The position numbers and the translations under genes are program-made. Below are positions 8,719-16,720 of a DNA stretch of 43,642 nucleotides, one piece after another. This stretch comes from Leptospirales bacterium. GTDB lineage: Bacteria; Spirochaetota; Leptospiria; Turneriellales; JAOUFE01. Under the pieces are notes generated by a model. It was not told the origin of the DNA and ran no database searches. It worked only from the letters and a program-made list of their open reading frames with translations. Location of the stretch: the NCBI GenBank assembly GCA_040326155.1, contig JBEQLE010000032.1, positions 1 through 43,642 on the forward strand, given 5' to 3'. The stretch's first letter is position 1; every line of letters begins with the position of its first letter.

Positions 8719-9219
8719 ATGAGCAAAAACGATATAGATATTACGACTTACTATACAAGCTATGGACCGATGGTTCTGCGAAGATGCAGGCAACTATTAG
8801 GCGAGGAGGATAGAGCTTTGGACGCTATGCAAGATGTATTCTTATTACTTTTAGAAAAGAAAGATAAAATAAAATATATTTATCCCTCTTCTCTTTTGTA
8901 TCGAATAGCAACAAATGTTTGTTTAAACCTGATTCAAAAAGACCAGAAGGTTGTGAATGTAGAAAATATGGAAGAGCTGATGCAAATTGCAAAACATTCT
9001 GATATGGACGAGAAATTATATATACGTGATTTCTTGAATAAAATTTTTAAGAATGAATATCCGTCTACGAGAGAAATTGCGGTAATGCGTTTTATTGACA
9101 AAATGACATATGAACAAATTTCCACAGAAGTAAAACTCTCCGTATCGGGAATACGCAAACGACTTCGTAAGTTGAAAGAAAATGCTCGGCGAACTGAAGG
9201 AGAAGACTATGAACAATAA
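8719..9219 (+). CDS. ECF-type sigma-70 factor
   Basis: Region 2 (YGPMVLRRCRQLLGEEDRALDAMQDVF...LYRIATNVCLN) and region 4 (MTYEQISTEVKLSVSGIRKRL); 166 aa. Confidence 0.92.
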   Translation: MSKNDIDITTYYTSYGPMVLRRCRQLLGEEDRALDAMQDVFLLLLEKKDKIKYIYPSSLLYRIATNVCLNLIQKDQKVVNVENMEELMQIAKHSDMDEKLYIRDFLNKIFKNEYPSTREIAVMRFIDKMTYEQISTEVKLSVSGIRKRLRKLKENARRTEGEDYEQ

Positions 9220-10039
9220 AGCTCTGAGTACTATTGAACTCGAAAGATATATTGCCGGTGAAGTTTCACCGAATGAAAGAATAAAAATAGAAGAACTTCT
9301 GCTGAAGTCCGACGCACTGAAAAACCAGTTAAAGAAACTAAAGCAATCAAATATAGATATTTTACAAAAATACCCACCCGAGAAAATGGCTGCTCTATTA
9401 AAACAAAGATCGCAAAGGGGTCTCTCGCGTAATTATAACGAACCCGTAAAATTCAAAAAACGAAAATTCAATTCCGGGCTTCTGGTTCCCGCTTTTGGAC
9501 TATTCATAGCGGGACTTTTTCTATACCAGTTTCTCCCCCGGGCGTATTATCAGGATGCGACGCTTGAGACGGATGAAACGTTTGAAGTTTATACGCCGAC
9601 TGATGGTAACAGAATTAAAGGTGTAGAAACAAAACTGCTTGCGTATACTCGCAACGGAAGCCATGTCGATCAACTCACACCACAATCAACGCTGCACGAA
9701 GGCGAGAATTTACAACTGGCCTATTTTACATCTTCGCCAGGGTATGGAGTTATTTTTTCCGTGGACGGCAGAGGTGAAATAACCCTGCACTTTCCATCCA
9801 CCAAAAAAGCGGAACAAAAGTTACAATCCGGAAAAAATATTTATCTTGAATTTTCATACGAGTTGGACGACGCGCCTGAATTTGAAAAGTTCTTTTTCCT
9901 GCAATCTGAAAAAGAAATAGATACAGAAGAGTTATTAAAATTAATTAAGAAAGTTGCCACCCGAGGGGAGAACATTAAAAGTAAAAACTTTAAAGTTCCA
10001 GGGCAATACAAACAGACTACATTTATGATACTAAAATAG
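9209..10039 (+). CDS. Putative membrane-anchored anti-sigma factor (ActD-like) with extracytoplasmic domain
   Basis: ATG 9209 has an AAGGAG RBS and overlaps the sigma stop. N-terminal LERYIAGEV helical domain, one TM, then RIKG...GENLQLAY...SVDGRGEITLHFP...SYELDDAPEFE. Confidence 0.75.
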   Translation: MNNKALSTIELERYIAGEVSPNERIKIEELLLKSDALKNQLKKLKQSNIDILQKYPPEKMAALLKQRSQRGLSRNYNEPVKFKKRKFNSGLLVPAFGLFIAGLFLYQFLPRAYYQDATLETDETFEVYTPTDGNRIKGVETKLLAYTRNGSHVDQLTPQSTLHEGENLQLAYFTSSPGYGVIFSVDGRGEITLHFPSTKKAEQKLQSGKNIYLEFSYELDDAPEFEKFFFLQSEKEIDTEELLKLIKKVATRGENIKSKNFKVPGQYKQTTFMILK

Positions 10040-10062
10040 AACAAAATATCAGGAGGAATAAA

Positions 10063-12183
10063 ATGAAAAATTTAAAATCATTCACTTTATATTTTATGGC
10101 AATAGCATGCACGAGCATATTCTTTTCAGATTTGCCCGCTAATGAAAAACCAAATTTTAAAAGATATGCTTTAGTGGTAGGCTCTAACAGTGGAGGATCG
10201 GACCGCGTCAAATTGAAATATTCAATAAGCGATGCAAAAGCGGTTCGCACGACCCTCAACTCCATCGGTGGAGTGGAAGATGACGCCGCTACTTTATTGG
10301 CTGATCCCTCGGTGGCGCAACTGGCAAGGAGTCTACAAATACTTCATAACATCGGTTCGAAGCATCGTAAAAATGGTACAAAAACAGAAATATTTTTTTA
10401 CTATTCGGGCCATTCCGATGAAGAAGGACTTTTGCTGGGCAAAGAAAAGTTTGAATATAGTAGATTAAAAAGCATCATTGAGAAAATGCCCTTTGATGTT
10501 CGCATTGTCGTACTCGACTCTTGTTCTTCCGGGGCTATGACCAGAAGCAAAGGTGGTAGAAAACGAGCTCCTTTTATTAACAATAATTCAAATTCAATGA
10601 AAGGAAACGCTTACCTTACCTCAAGCTCCTCCGATGAAAACAGCCAGGAATCTGATCGCCTGAAAGGGTCCTTCTTTACCCATTATTTTTTATCGGGACT
10701 TCGCGGGGCTGCGGATTCAAATAAAGATCGCCAGATTACGCTGAGTGAAATATACCAATACGCCTATAGCGCGACTTTGGCCAGAACTGAAAAGACGATC
10801 GGTGGTCCGCAACACGCCAACTACTATATACAAATGACGGGAACCGGCGATGTCGTCATTACAAATTTAAGAAGAAACACCGCCATTTTGCATCTGGCTT
10901 CAAACATTTCCGGGAACGTATTTATACGGAACCAAAAAGGACAGTTAGTAACTGAATTTTACAAACCGCCAAAACAGACTTACGATATAGGACTCGAAAG
11001 CGGGTCGCATACTGTTATGGTTATTCAAAATTCAAACATTCTCAATACGGTAGTTACAATGAAAAAAAATGAAACCGTTCGTTTGAATGAAAACGATTTA
11101 ACTCCCGTTGCCGGCGATGAAAGTGTTTCGAAAAAGGGCGATGAAGAAGAAACCGCGCCGGAACTGATCTACACACCATTTAGTTTTCAACTCTTTCCGA
11201 TGGTCGGTTCCTTGAAAAATCATACTACGTTTTCCCTGTTTTTGGTAGGCTCTTACAATTACCGTATAACGGGCGTTTCGGTAGGTGTCGGCGTAGACAT
11301 AGTAAAAGAGAGTATGCAGGGAGTACAAGTGTCTGTTGGCGCCAATATCGTCGGAACACATATGCAAGGCGTACAAGCGACCGTCGGTGGAAACCTCGTC
11401 TTTGGCCCCGCCGAGGGGGTGCAAACAGCCGTTGGTTTTAACAACGTCACCGGGACCTTTTCCGGAGTGCAAGCTGCCGTAGGTTTTAATTGTGTAGCGG
11501 GTCAGTTTTCAGGAGTACAGGTTTCCGCTGGGTTTAATTGTGCAATGGGGCAGTTTTCAGGTGTGCAAGTGTCGAACGTGAATATAAGTTCCGGAACTTC
11601 TGAAGGAGTGCAAGTAGGTTTAGTCAACATAGGTCGACAAGTCAAAGGGGTACAGGTGGGCTTAGTAAACGTATCAGAAGAAAATTCGGGAGTTGCCATC
11701 GGCCTGGTTAATGTTTTTAAAAATGGCTACCATGGTGTAGACACCTGGGCTGATGAAGTTGGGTATTTCCACTTAGGTTATCGACATGGAAATGATAAAT
11801 TTTATAATCTGTATTCAGCCGGAGTACACTATTCCATGAAAACAGCAAAAGCGACTATAGGTTTCGGATTCCAACTTCCCAATGCCGGACCTGTTGGTTT
11901 TTCCATTGATTTTCTCTCTTCCCTGGAAATAGATAAAAGCTTCTCGCTTTGGAACAATTCCAGGTATGACAGGGTAAATGGTTTGGAAAATTTTGAGAGC
12001 AACTACACAAATTCTATACGATTTTTAACCCATATAAAATTTGGAGACCGATTTGGGCTAATTGCTGGTGTTTCCCTGAACCATACAGCAAATAATATGC
12101 CTGCTTCTTACATACCGGGACTTGGAGATACCATAAATGGACACTCCTTCTGGCCCGGGTTTTTCATTGGAATGCGGTATTAA
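10063..12183 (+). CDS. Exported caspase-family (peptidase C14) protein with GVQ beta-helix repeats (LA_2272-like) and a beta-rich C-terminus
   Basis: Signal peptide; RYALVVGSN, FYYSGH (His 10411), VLDSCSSG (Cys 10522), ESDRLKGSFFT; about 15-aa GVQ repeats; ends GFFIGMRY. Confidence 0.88.
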   Translation: MKNLKSFTLYFMAIACTSIFFSDLPANEKPNFKRYALVVGSNSGGSDRVKLKYSISDAKAVRTTLNSIGGVEDDAATLLADPSVAQLARSLQILHNIGSKHRKNGTKTEIFFYYSGHSDEEGLLLGKEKFEYSRLKSIIEKMPFDVRIVVLDSCSSGAMTRSKGGRKRAPFINNNSNSMKGNAYLTSSSSDENSQESDRLKGSFFTHYFLSGLRGAADSNKDRQITLSEIYQYAYSATLARTEKTIGGPQHANYYIQMTGTGDVVITNLRRNTAILHLASNISGNVFIRNQKGQLVTEFYKPPKQTYDIGLESGSHTVMVIQNSNILNTVVTMKKNETVRLNENDLTPVAGDESVSKKGDEEETAPELIYTPFSFQLFPMVGSLKNHTTFSLFLVGSYNYRITGVSVGVGVDIVKESMQGVQVSVGANIVGTHMQGVQATVGGNLVFGPAEGVQTAVGFNNVTGTFSGVQAAVGFNCVAGQFSGVQVSAGFNCAMGQFSGVQVSNVNISSGTSEGVQVGLVNIGRQVKGVQVGLVNVSEENSGVAIGLVNVFKNGYHGVDTWADEVGYFHLGYRHGNDKFYNLYSAGVHYSMKTAKATIGFGFQLPNAGPVGFSIDFLSSLEIDKSFSLWNNSRYDRVNGLENFESNYTNSIRFLTHIKFGDRFGLIAGVSLNHTANNMPASYIPGLGDTINGHSFWPGFFIGMRY
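11270..11715 (+). repeat. Intragenic tandem repeat of about 45 nt / 15 aa (GVQxxxGxN)
   Basis: Successive units such as MQGVQVSVGANIV, MQGVQATVGGNLV, FSGVQAAVGFNCV, FSGVQVSAGFNCA, GVQVGLVN. Confidence 0.8.
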
Positions 12184-12215
12184 AACCGTGTTCCAATAAA
12201 GTTGAACAAGCCAGA

Positions 12216-13106
12216 TTACTTTTCGTCGATCATTTGAATTAAAGTATCGACGAAAATATCTGGCTTTGTGTAATGCGGAGTATGGCCACCGCCCTCAATT
12301 TGATGCAATATATTCATTCCCTTTTTCGGTTTAATCTTCTCTGCCATTTTTTTTGCATACTCCAATGGAAAAAAACTATCGTTGTTTCCCCATATTAAAA
12401 ATGTGTCGACCTTTAAATGCGACAACAGGTCATCAAGATAGTACTTTCCGCTCACAGCGTCATCAAACAGATGAATGTGCGCCTCAGTTTGTAATTTGAT
12501 CATCTTATTCAATATATAATCTGGTATACTCGGGGCTTCGTCCCCAAACATCATTTCAATTTTCTTTGCGTAGTCTTGCGAATTTGTTGGTAACATATAG
12601 CGCTTTGGATATTCCCATTCCAGACCCGCAGAGTTCACCAAGACAAGATTTTCAACTTTTTCTGAATTTTCAAGGGCGTACAAAACACTGACCCAACCTC
12701 CGAGAGAATTTCCAACCAGAGTGAATTGTTGAGTGGGTATCACTTCTATGACAGCTTCCATTCCGGTAAGCAAAGTTTGCATCTGTAAATTATGATCAAG
12801 CGGACCGAGGCTGTCTCCATGACCGGGTAAATCAATTACAACAATATGATAGTTCGGTAAGAGTCGTTCCACCGCATCAAGCCAGTTTGAACTCTCACTT
12901 AAAAAACCATGTATAAAAACAATGGATTTGCCCACTCCCCCTTCAAAATAAGTAACGCGACCAGCTTCTGAGTCTACGCTATGTTTAACGAAACCTTTAT
13001 ATTCAAGATTTTGCCTTTGCAACCAGAGTCCTATGCGAACCGGATACAGGGCTAATATTAATGTTACAATAATAACAAATGCCAATAAGAAATAACGCTT
13101 TTTCAT
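12216..13106 (-). CDS. Alpha/beta hydrolase with N-terminal membrane anchor
   Basis: FIHGF, DLPGHG, GNSLGG nucleophile, WGNND, GGHTPH. Start taken at MKKRYFLL. Confidence 0.9.
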   Translation of the reverse strand: MKKRYFLLAFVIIVTLILALYPVRIGLWLQRQNLEYKGFVKHSVDSEAGRVTYFEGGVGKSIVFIHGFLSESSNWLDAVERLLPNYHIVVIDLPGHGDSLGPLDHNLQMQTLLTGMEAVIEVIPTQQFTLVGNSLGGWVSVLYALENSEKVENLVLVNSAGLEWEYPKRYMLPTNSQDYAKKIEMMFGDEAPSIPDYILNKMIKLQTEAHIHLFDDAVSGKYYLDDLLSHLKVDTFLIWGNNDSFFPLEYAKKMAEKIKPKKGMNILHQIEGGGHTPHYTKPDIFVDTLIQMIDEK

Positions 13107-13387
13107 ATGAAAATATTTCAAAATAACCCGGTTTGTCAAGGGTAATACGCCGATAAGTATATTACAAGAATTTGATTTCAATCGATTATTTGTAATTTTT
13201 AAGCGCATATTTTCTGATGATTATTACTACTTTTTAGTTTGATGTTGACGCCTTAAATGGATAGTGAGTTAATAAAATTTACCGGCGAACATACCTTAAA
13301 CATTTTGCTAATATAAAAAGACAATTTAAATTTTATAGTTTGCAATACATGGCTTATTAGAAAGAGTGCATATACTGACTGAACAAG

Positions 13388-14140
13388 GTGAAATTTATGG
13401 ATGAAGATTGGTACTCCTTTCCCGCACAAATGGATGATCGACCCGCTTATGTTACATTTAACAACGCCTTTGCCAAAGAGGCAAAAGTAGATCGACATAA
13501 GAATCATATTGTCTTAAAAGCAACTTTTAAACAACCCACAGAATACGGAATGCCAGCTGGCGCTGAACATGAGATTCTAGAACATATTGATAACCTTCTT
13601 GAAGAGGCGATAAATTCCAATAATGGAGTTTATGTGGGACATGTGACAATTGAGGGACATAGGTATTACCACTATTACGTCAATTTGGAAGAAAATGATA
13701 TGGCTGTCCTGGTAAATCCAATAAACGAGCAAACCGATTATATGTTAGAGTTTATTGTTCAAGAAGACCCCGAAAAAAATGGTTTTTGGAATGATCTTTA
13801 CCCAACCGATGATGAGTGGCGAATAATTCACGACATGGAAGCTTTAGATGAGTTGCTTGAGGCTGGAGATATTCGGGATCGATTACGTGAAGTTTTTCAT
13901 TGGGCGGGTTTTGATTCCGATGAATCGGCTTCGGATTTTCAAGCATGGCTGGAAGACAATAGCATGAACCCCATTTCTACGGAAAAAGAAGAGACACGAA
14001 ATCGTTATATAGTACACTACTCTCATACAGGTACAATGGATATATCTGATTTGATGATATACACGCTGGGTTCCAATCGAAAAGCAAGTGAACTTGGTGG
14101 AACTTACGAAGGCTGGGAAACCACCGCTGTAAAAGAGTAA
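13388..14140 (+). CDS. DUF695 / RraB-like two-domain acidic protein
   Basis: GMP..E...L..I...L and VGHVT..G.R...YY pattern; C-terminal GD....R...HW...GGTYEGWET. Confidence 0.7.
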   Translation: MKFMDEDWYSFPAQMDDRPAYVTFNNAFAKEAKVDRHKNHIVLKATFKQPTEYGMPAGAEHEILEHIDNLLEEAINSNNGVYVGHVTIEGHRYYHYYVNLEENDMAVLVNPINEQTDYMLEFIVQEDPEKNGFWNDLYPTDDEWRIIHDMEALDELLEAGDIRDRLREVFHWAGFDSDESASDFQAWLEDNSMNPISTEKEETRNRYIVHYSHTGTMDISDLMIYTLGSNRKASELGGTYEGWETTAVKE

Positions 14141-14179
14141 ACTCCTTGACTGGTAGAATCTTTTCTTTAGATTTTGCTT

Positions 14180-15178
14180 ATGAAAATGACAGAAAGAACA
14201 ATTCAGCTACGGAGTTCAAATACAATATTCAAAACTTCAAAATATATATTACTAATTTTTCTCGGTATCGCATTAATTAATTGCCGAAATAATCCTGAAA
14301 ATGTATGGGTCCAACAACCGGGGTTATACCCTGAAGGACTCGAACGACATCCTGGTAAAAATCAATTTTTAGTTACTTCGTTGACCAAAGGTTCTGTTGG
14401 CCTTGTGAATGACCAGGGCGAATACAGTCCATTCATTGAAGATGAAAGGTTGGTCAGCGCAATTGGAATTCGAGTGGATAAAAAACAATCGAGAGTTATT
14501 GTAGCGAATTCAGACCCGGGGGTGAGTATAAGGACCTCTGCTCAAACAAAATTGAAACTGGCAGCGGTGGGTATTTACGATCTAAAAGATGGATCTCCTA
14601 TTGCGTATTACGAACTAGATAAGCTTTATAAGGGGAACCATTTTGCAAATGACATCGCCTTAGACAAAGATGGAAATATTTATATTACGGATAGTTTTTC
14701 ACCGGTAATTTACAAAATAGACGGCGCAGGTAAAGAGTCCATTTTTTTTACGAACGAAAGGTTTACCGGCAAAGGTTTTAATTTAAACGGTATAGTCGCT
14801 GTTAATAATTACCTGATTGTAGCAAAATACAATGAGGGAGTTCTCTTTAAAATACCTCTTGAGAATCCTGAAAATTTCAAACAGATTAAAATCGATCGAA
14901 CCTTTCCAGGGGCTGACGGTCTTGCCATTGCAAAAGACGGCTCTCTTGCCCTTATCGCAAACGGTTCCATATCAACTGTATTTAAACTCGAAAGTGATGA
15001 CGATTTTGTATCTGCAAAAATCGTTGCTACTGATCATTACAAATGGCGTTACAACACTACGGGAATATTTCGATGCAACGATTTCTACGTACTAAATGCG
15101 GAACTAAATGCTCTTTTTGGCGGTAAAGACCCGGTCCAAAAATTTGAAATACGCAAGGTAAAATACACATCCAAATGA
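14180..15178 (+). CDS. SMP-30/gluconolactonase-like beta-propeller, probable lipoprotein
   Basis: IALINC lipobox-like motif; LYPEG, FANDIALDKDGNIYITDS, LNGI, GADGL. Confidence 0.8.
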   Translation: MKMTERTIQLRSSNTIFKTSKYILLIFLGIALINCRNNPENVWVQQPGLYPEGLERHPGKNQFLVTSLTKGSVGLVNDQGEYSPFIEDERLVSAIGIRVDKKQSRVIVANSDPGVSIRTSAQTKLKLAAVGIYDLKDGSPIAYYELDKLYKGNHFANDIALDKDGNIYITDSFSPVIYKIDGAGKESIFFTNERFTGKGFNLNGIVAVNNYLIVAKYNEGVLFKIPLENPENFKQIKIDRTFPGADGLAIAKDGSLALIANGSISTVFKLESDDDFVSAKIVATDHYKWRYNTTGIFRCNDFYVLNAELNALFGGKDPVQKFEIRKVKYTSK

Positions 15179-15486
15179 GCATACTACTTGAATTCAGCAT
15201 GTTTCCTACCGATGTAGGAGAAAGTAAATCGGAATACGTAGCCCGCTCCATCTCGATTATAAAAAAATCCGGTCTACCCTATAAAATGGGTCCAATGGGC
15301 ACCGTAATTGAAGGAGAGTGGGACGAAGTTATGGCCGTCGTAAAACAGTGCCAGGAAGCAATGTCCAGCGACTGCAACCGCGTCTACTCCAACATAAAAA
15401 TCGATTCCCGAAAAGGCAAATCTGGGCGGCTCCAGGCAAAAATTGAATCCGTAAAAACAAAGCTCGGAGAAGATATAAACTCGTAA
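15175..15486 (+). CDS. MTH1187/YkoF-like thiamine-binding (DUF77) protein
   Basis: EFSMFP...S.SEYVA...SGLPYKMGPMGTVIEGEWDEV...RVYSNIKID. Confidence 0.9.
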   Translation: MSILLEFSMFPTDVGESKSEYVARSISIIKKSGLPYKMGPMGTVIEGEWDEVMAVVKQCQEAMSSDCNRVYSNIKIDSRKGKSGRLQAKIESVKTKLGEDINS

Positions 15487-15676
15487 ATTTGTACACTTGT
15501 AAACAAAGAAACAACAATTTTTGCGTTACAAAAATACCACGAAGCAAGCCGATCAAAACCACTCTTTTTTTTCTGATGTTTTGGGGTGACCCGACCTGCC
15601 AGACGAGCGCGACCCGAAGTCGCACCTGAGCAGATCAAAATTTGCTATGTGATGAAATTGGGTGGACAGTCACACT

Positions 15677-16120
15677 TCAATTTGTAGGTCCAATAGAAAT
15701 AGGAACATCACATTCTTCAAAGTGAGCTTTTATTTCCAATGATCCGCCATGACTTTTCACGAAATTTTCTGGCTGAGGCATTACTTTGGTTTCATGTGAT
15801 GCAGTATGAGTCTCTCCGAACATTTCTTGTAGTTCTTTGAGTCGAATATCTGTTTTATGAGCGACTAAAATCGCTTCCAATCGCGCAATAATTAGATTTT
15901 CATCTCTAAACACTTCATCCGGTCCGTTACCATAATCATTTGATTTGCCCTTATGTATTCCAAATCCTAAGTTTGGTCTATATTCAACGGTAATAACTTC
16001 GTTACCGGCAAAGATGTCTAACCATGAACTCCCTGACTCTATTTCGGCCTTATCTATTTCAAATGTAAAATGGAGGAACTTTGCCTGCACTTTTTTTACA
16101 AAATCATCAAACATATTCAT
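15677..16120 (-). CDS. Hypothetical protein; putative antitoxin with a degenerate XRE/HigA-like C-terminus
   Basis: C-terminal LKELQEMFGET...FVKSHGGSLEIKAHF resembles the tail of HigA-type HTH antitoxins. ATGA overlap with the upstream gene. Confidence 0.5.
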   Translation of the reverse strand: MNMFDDFVKKVQAKFLHFTFEIDKAEIESGSSWLDIFAGNEVITVEYRPNLGFGIHKGKSNDYGNGPDEVFRDENLIIARLEAILVAHKTDIRLKELQEMFGETHTASHETKVMPQPENFVKSHGGSLEIKAHFEECDVPISIGPTN

Positions 16121-16473
16121 AAATCCTCTACTTTTTTACCATCTAAGCCCGGTTTGTCAAGCAATACTATACGATCTTTTACGGTAATAATTTTAATCGA
16201 ACCGTTATTTCCAATATATGTATTGTGTGATCTGTTGCGGTATCTGATAATATTTTCATTGCCTGTACTTCGAATGCTATCTGTTTGCGGTGCGTACATC
16301 CTTCCATCAGTCATCCAGAGTGAAGGCGCAAAGGGAATCTTAGTAAATTCATTCTCTACTTCATTTAATATATGAGTTAAAAGTTGAAATACTTTTTCAG
16401 TAGTATCTACTGGTTTTGCATTAAATAACCTGGAAAAGAATATTTGTAACCTTTTCTGCTTGCTCTCATTCAC
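16117..16473 (-). CDS. Hypothetical protein; putative toxin
   Basis: 118 aa, GTG start; motifs LNEVE, DGRMYAPQ.D, RSHNTYIGNNGSI, LDKPG. Translationally coupled to the next gene. Confidence 0.55.
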   Translation of the reverse strand: MNESKQKRLQIFFSRLFNAKPVDTTEKVFQLLTHILNEVENEFTKIPFAPSLWMTDGRMYAPQTDSIRSTGNENIIRYRNRSHNTYIGNNGSIKIITVKDRIVLLDKPGLDGKKVEDL

Positions 16474-16657
16474 TGAATATTAATCCACTTCAATTATTTT
16501 CTGCAAATGAAAATCGTGTTTAAATTCTGGTAAACCATAAATTCTATCAACCTTCATCTGACACTACTGAATTGAATGAAATTGAACACGTCAATCAATA
16601 TAAATATGACATCTTCGACTTTCCAGTATTTACAGAGTCAATAAATGATAATCCAAC

Positions 16658-16687
16658 CGTACACACAACATGGACGTTGTGTGTACG
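16658..16687. repeat. Perfect 12-bp hairpin CGTACACACAAC-ATGGAC-GTTGTGTGTACG
   Basis: Seen directly, about 33 nt downstream of the helicase stop; no U-tract. Confidence 0.7.
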
Positions 16688-16720
16688 ACTGCTAATCGGT
16701 AATTAACAGGGGAATGTAAT

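Noticed and set aside
11270..11715. Repeats as a CRISPR array or diversity-generating repeat
   Set aside because: Degenerate in-frame coding repeats with no identical repeats or spacers. No cas genes or intact RT are present.
15586..15676. GC-rich hairpin GCGACCCGAAGTCGC and GGGTGGACAGTCAC as an island boundary or att site
   Set aside because: No matching copy was found at the other end of the island near 22.0-22.1 kb.
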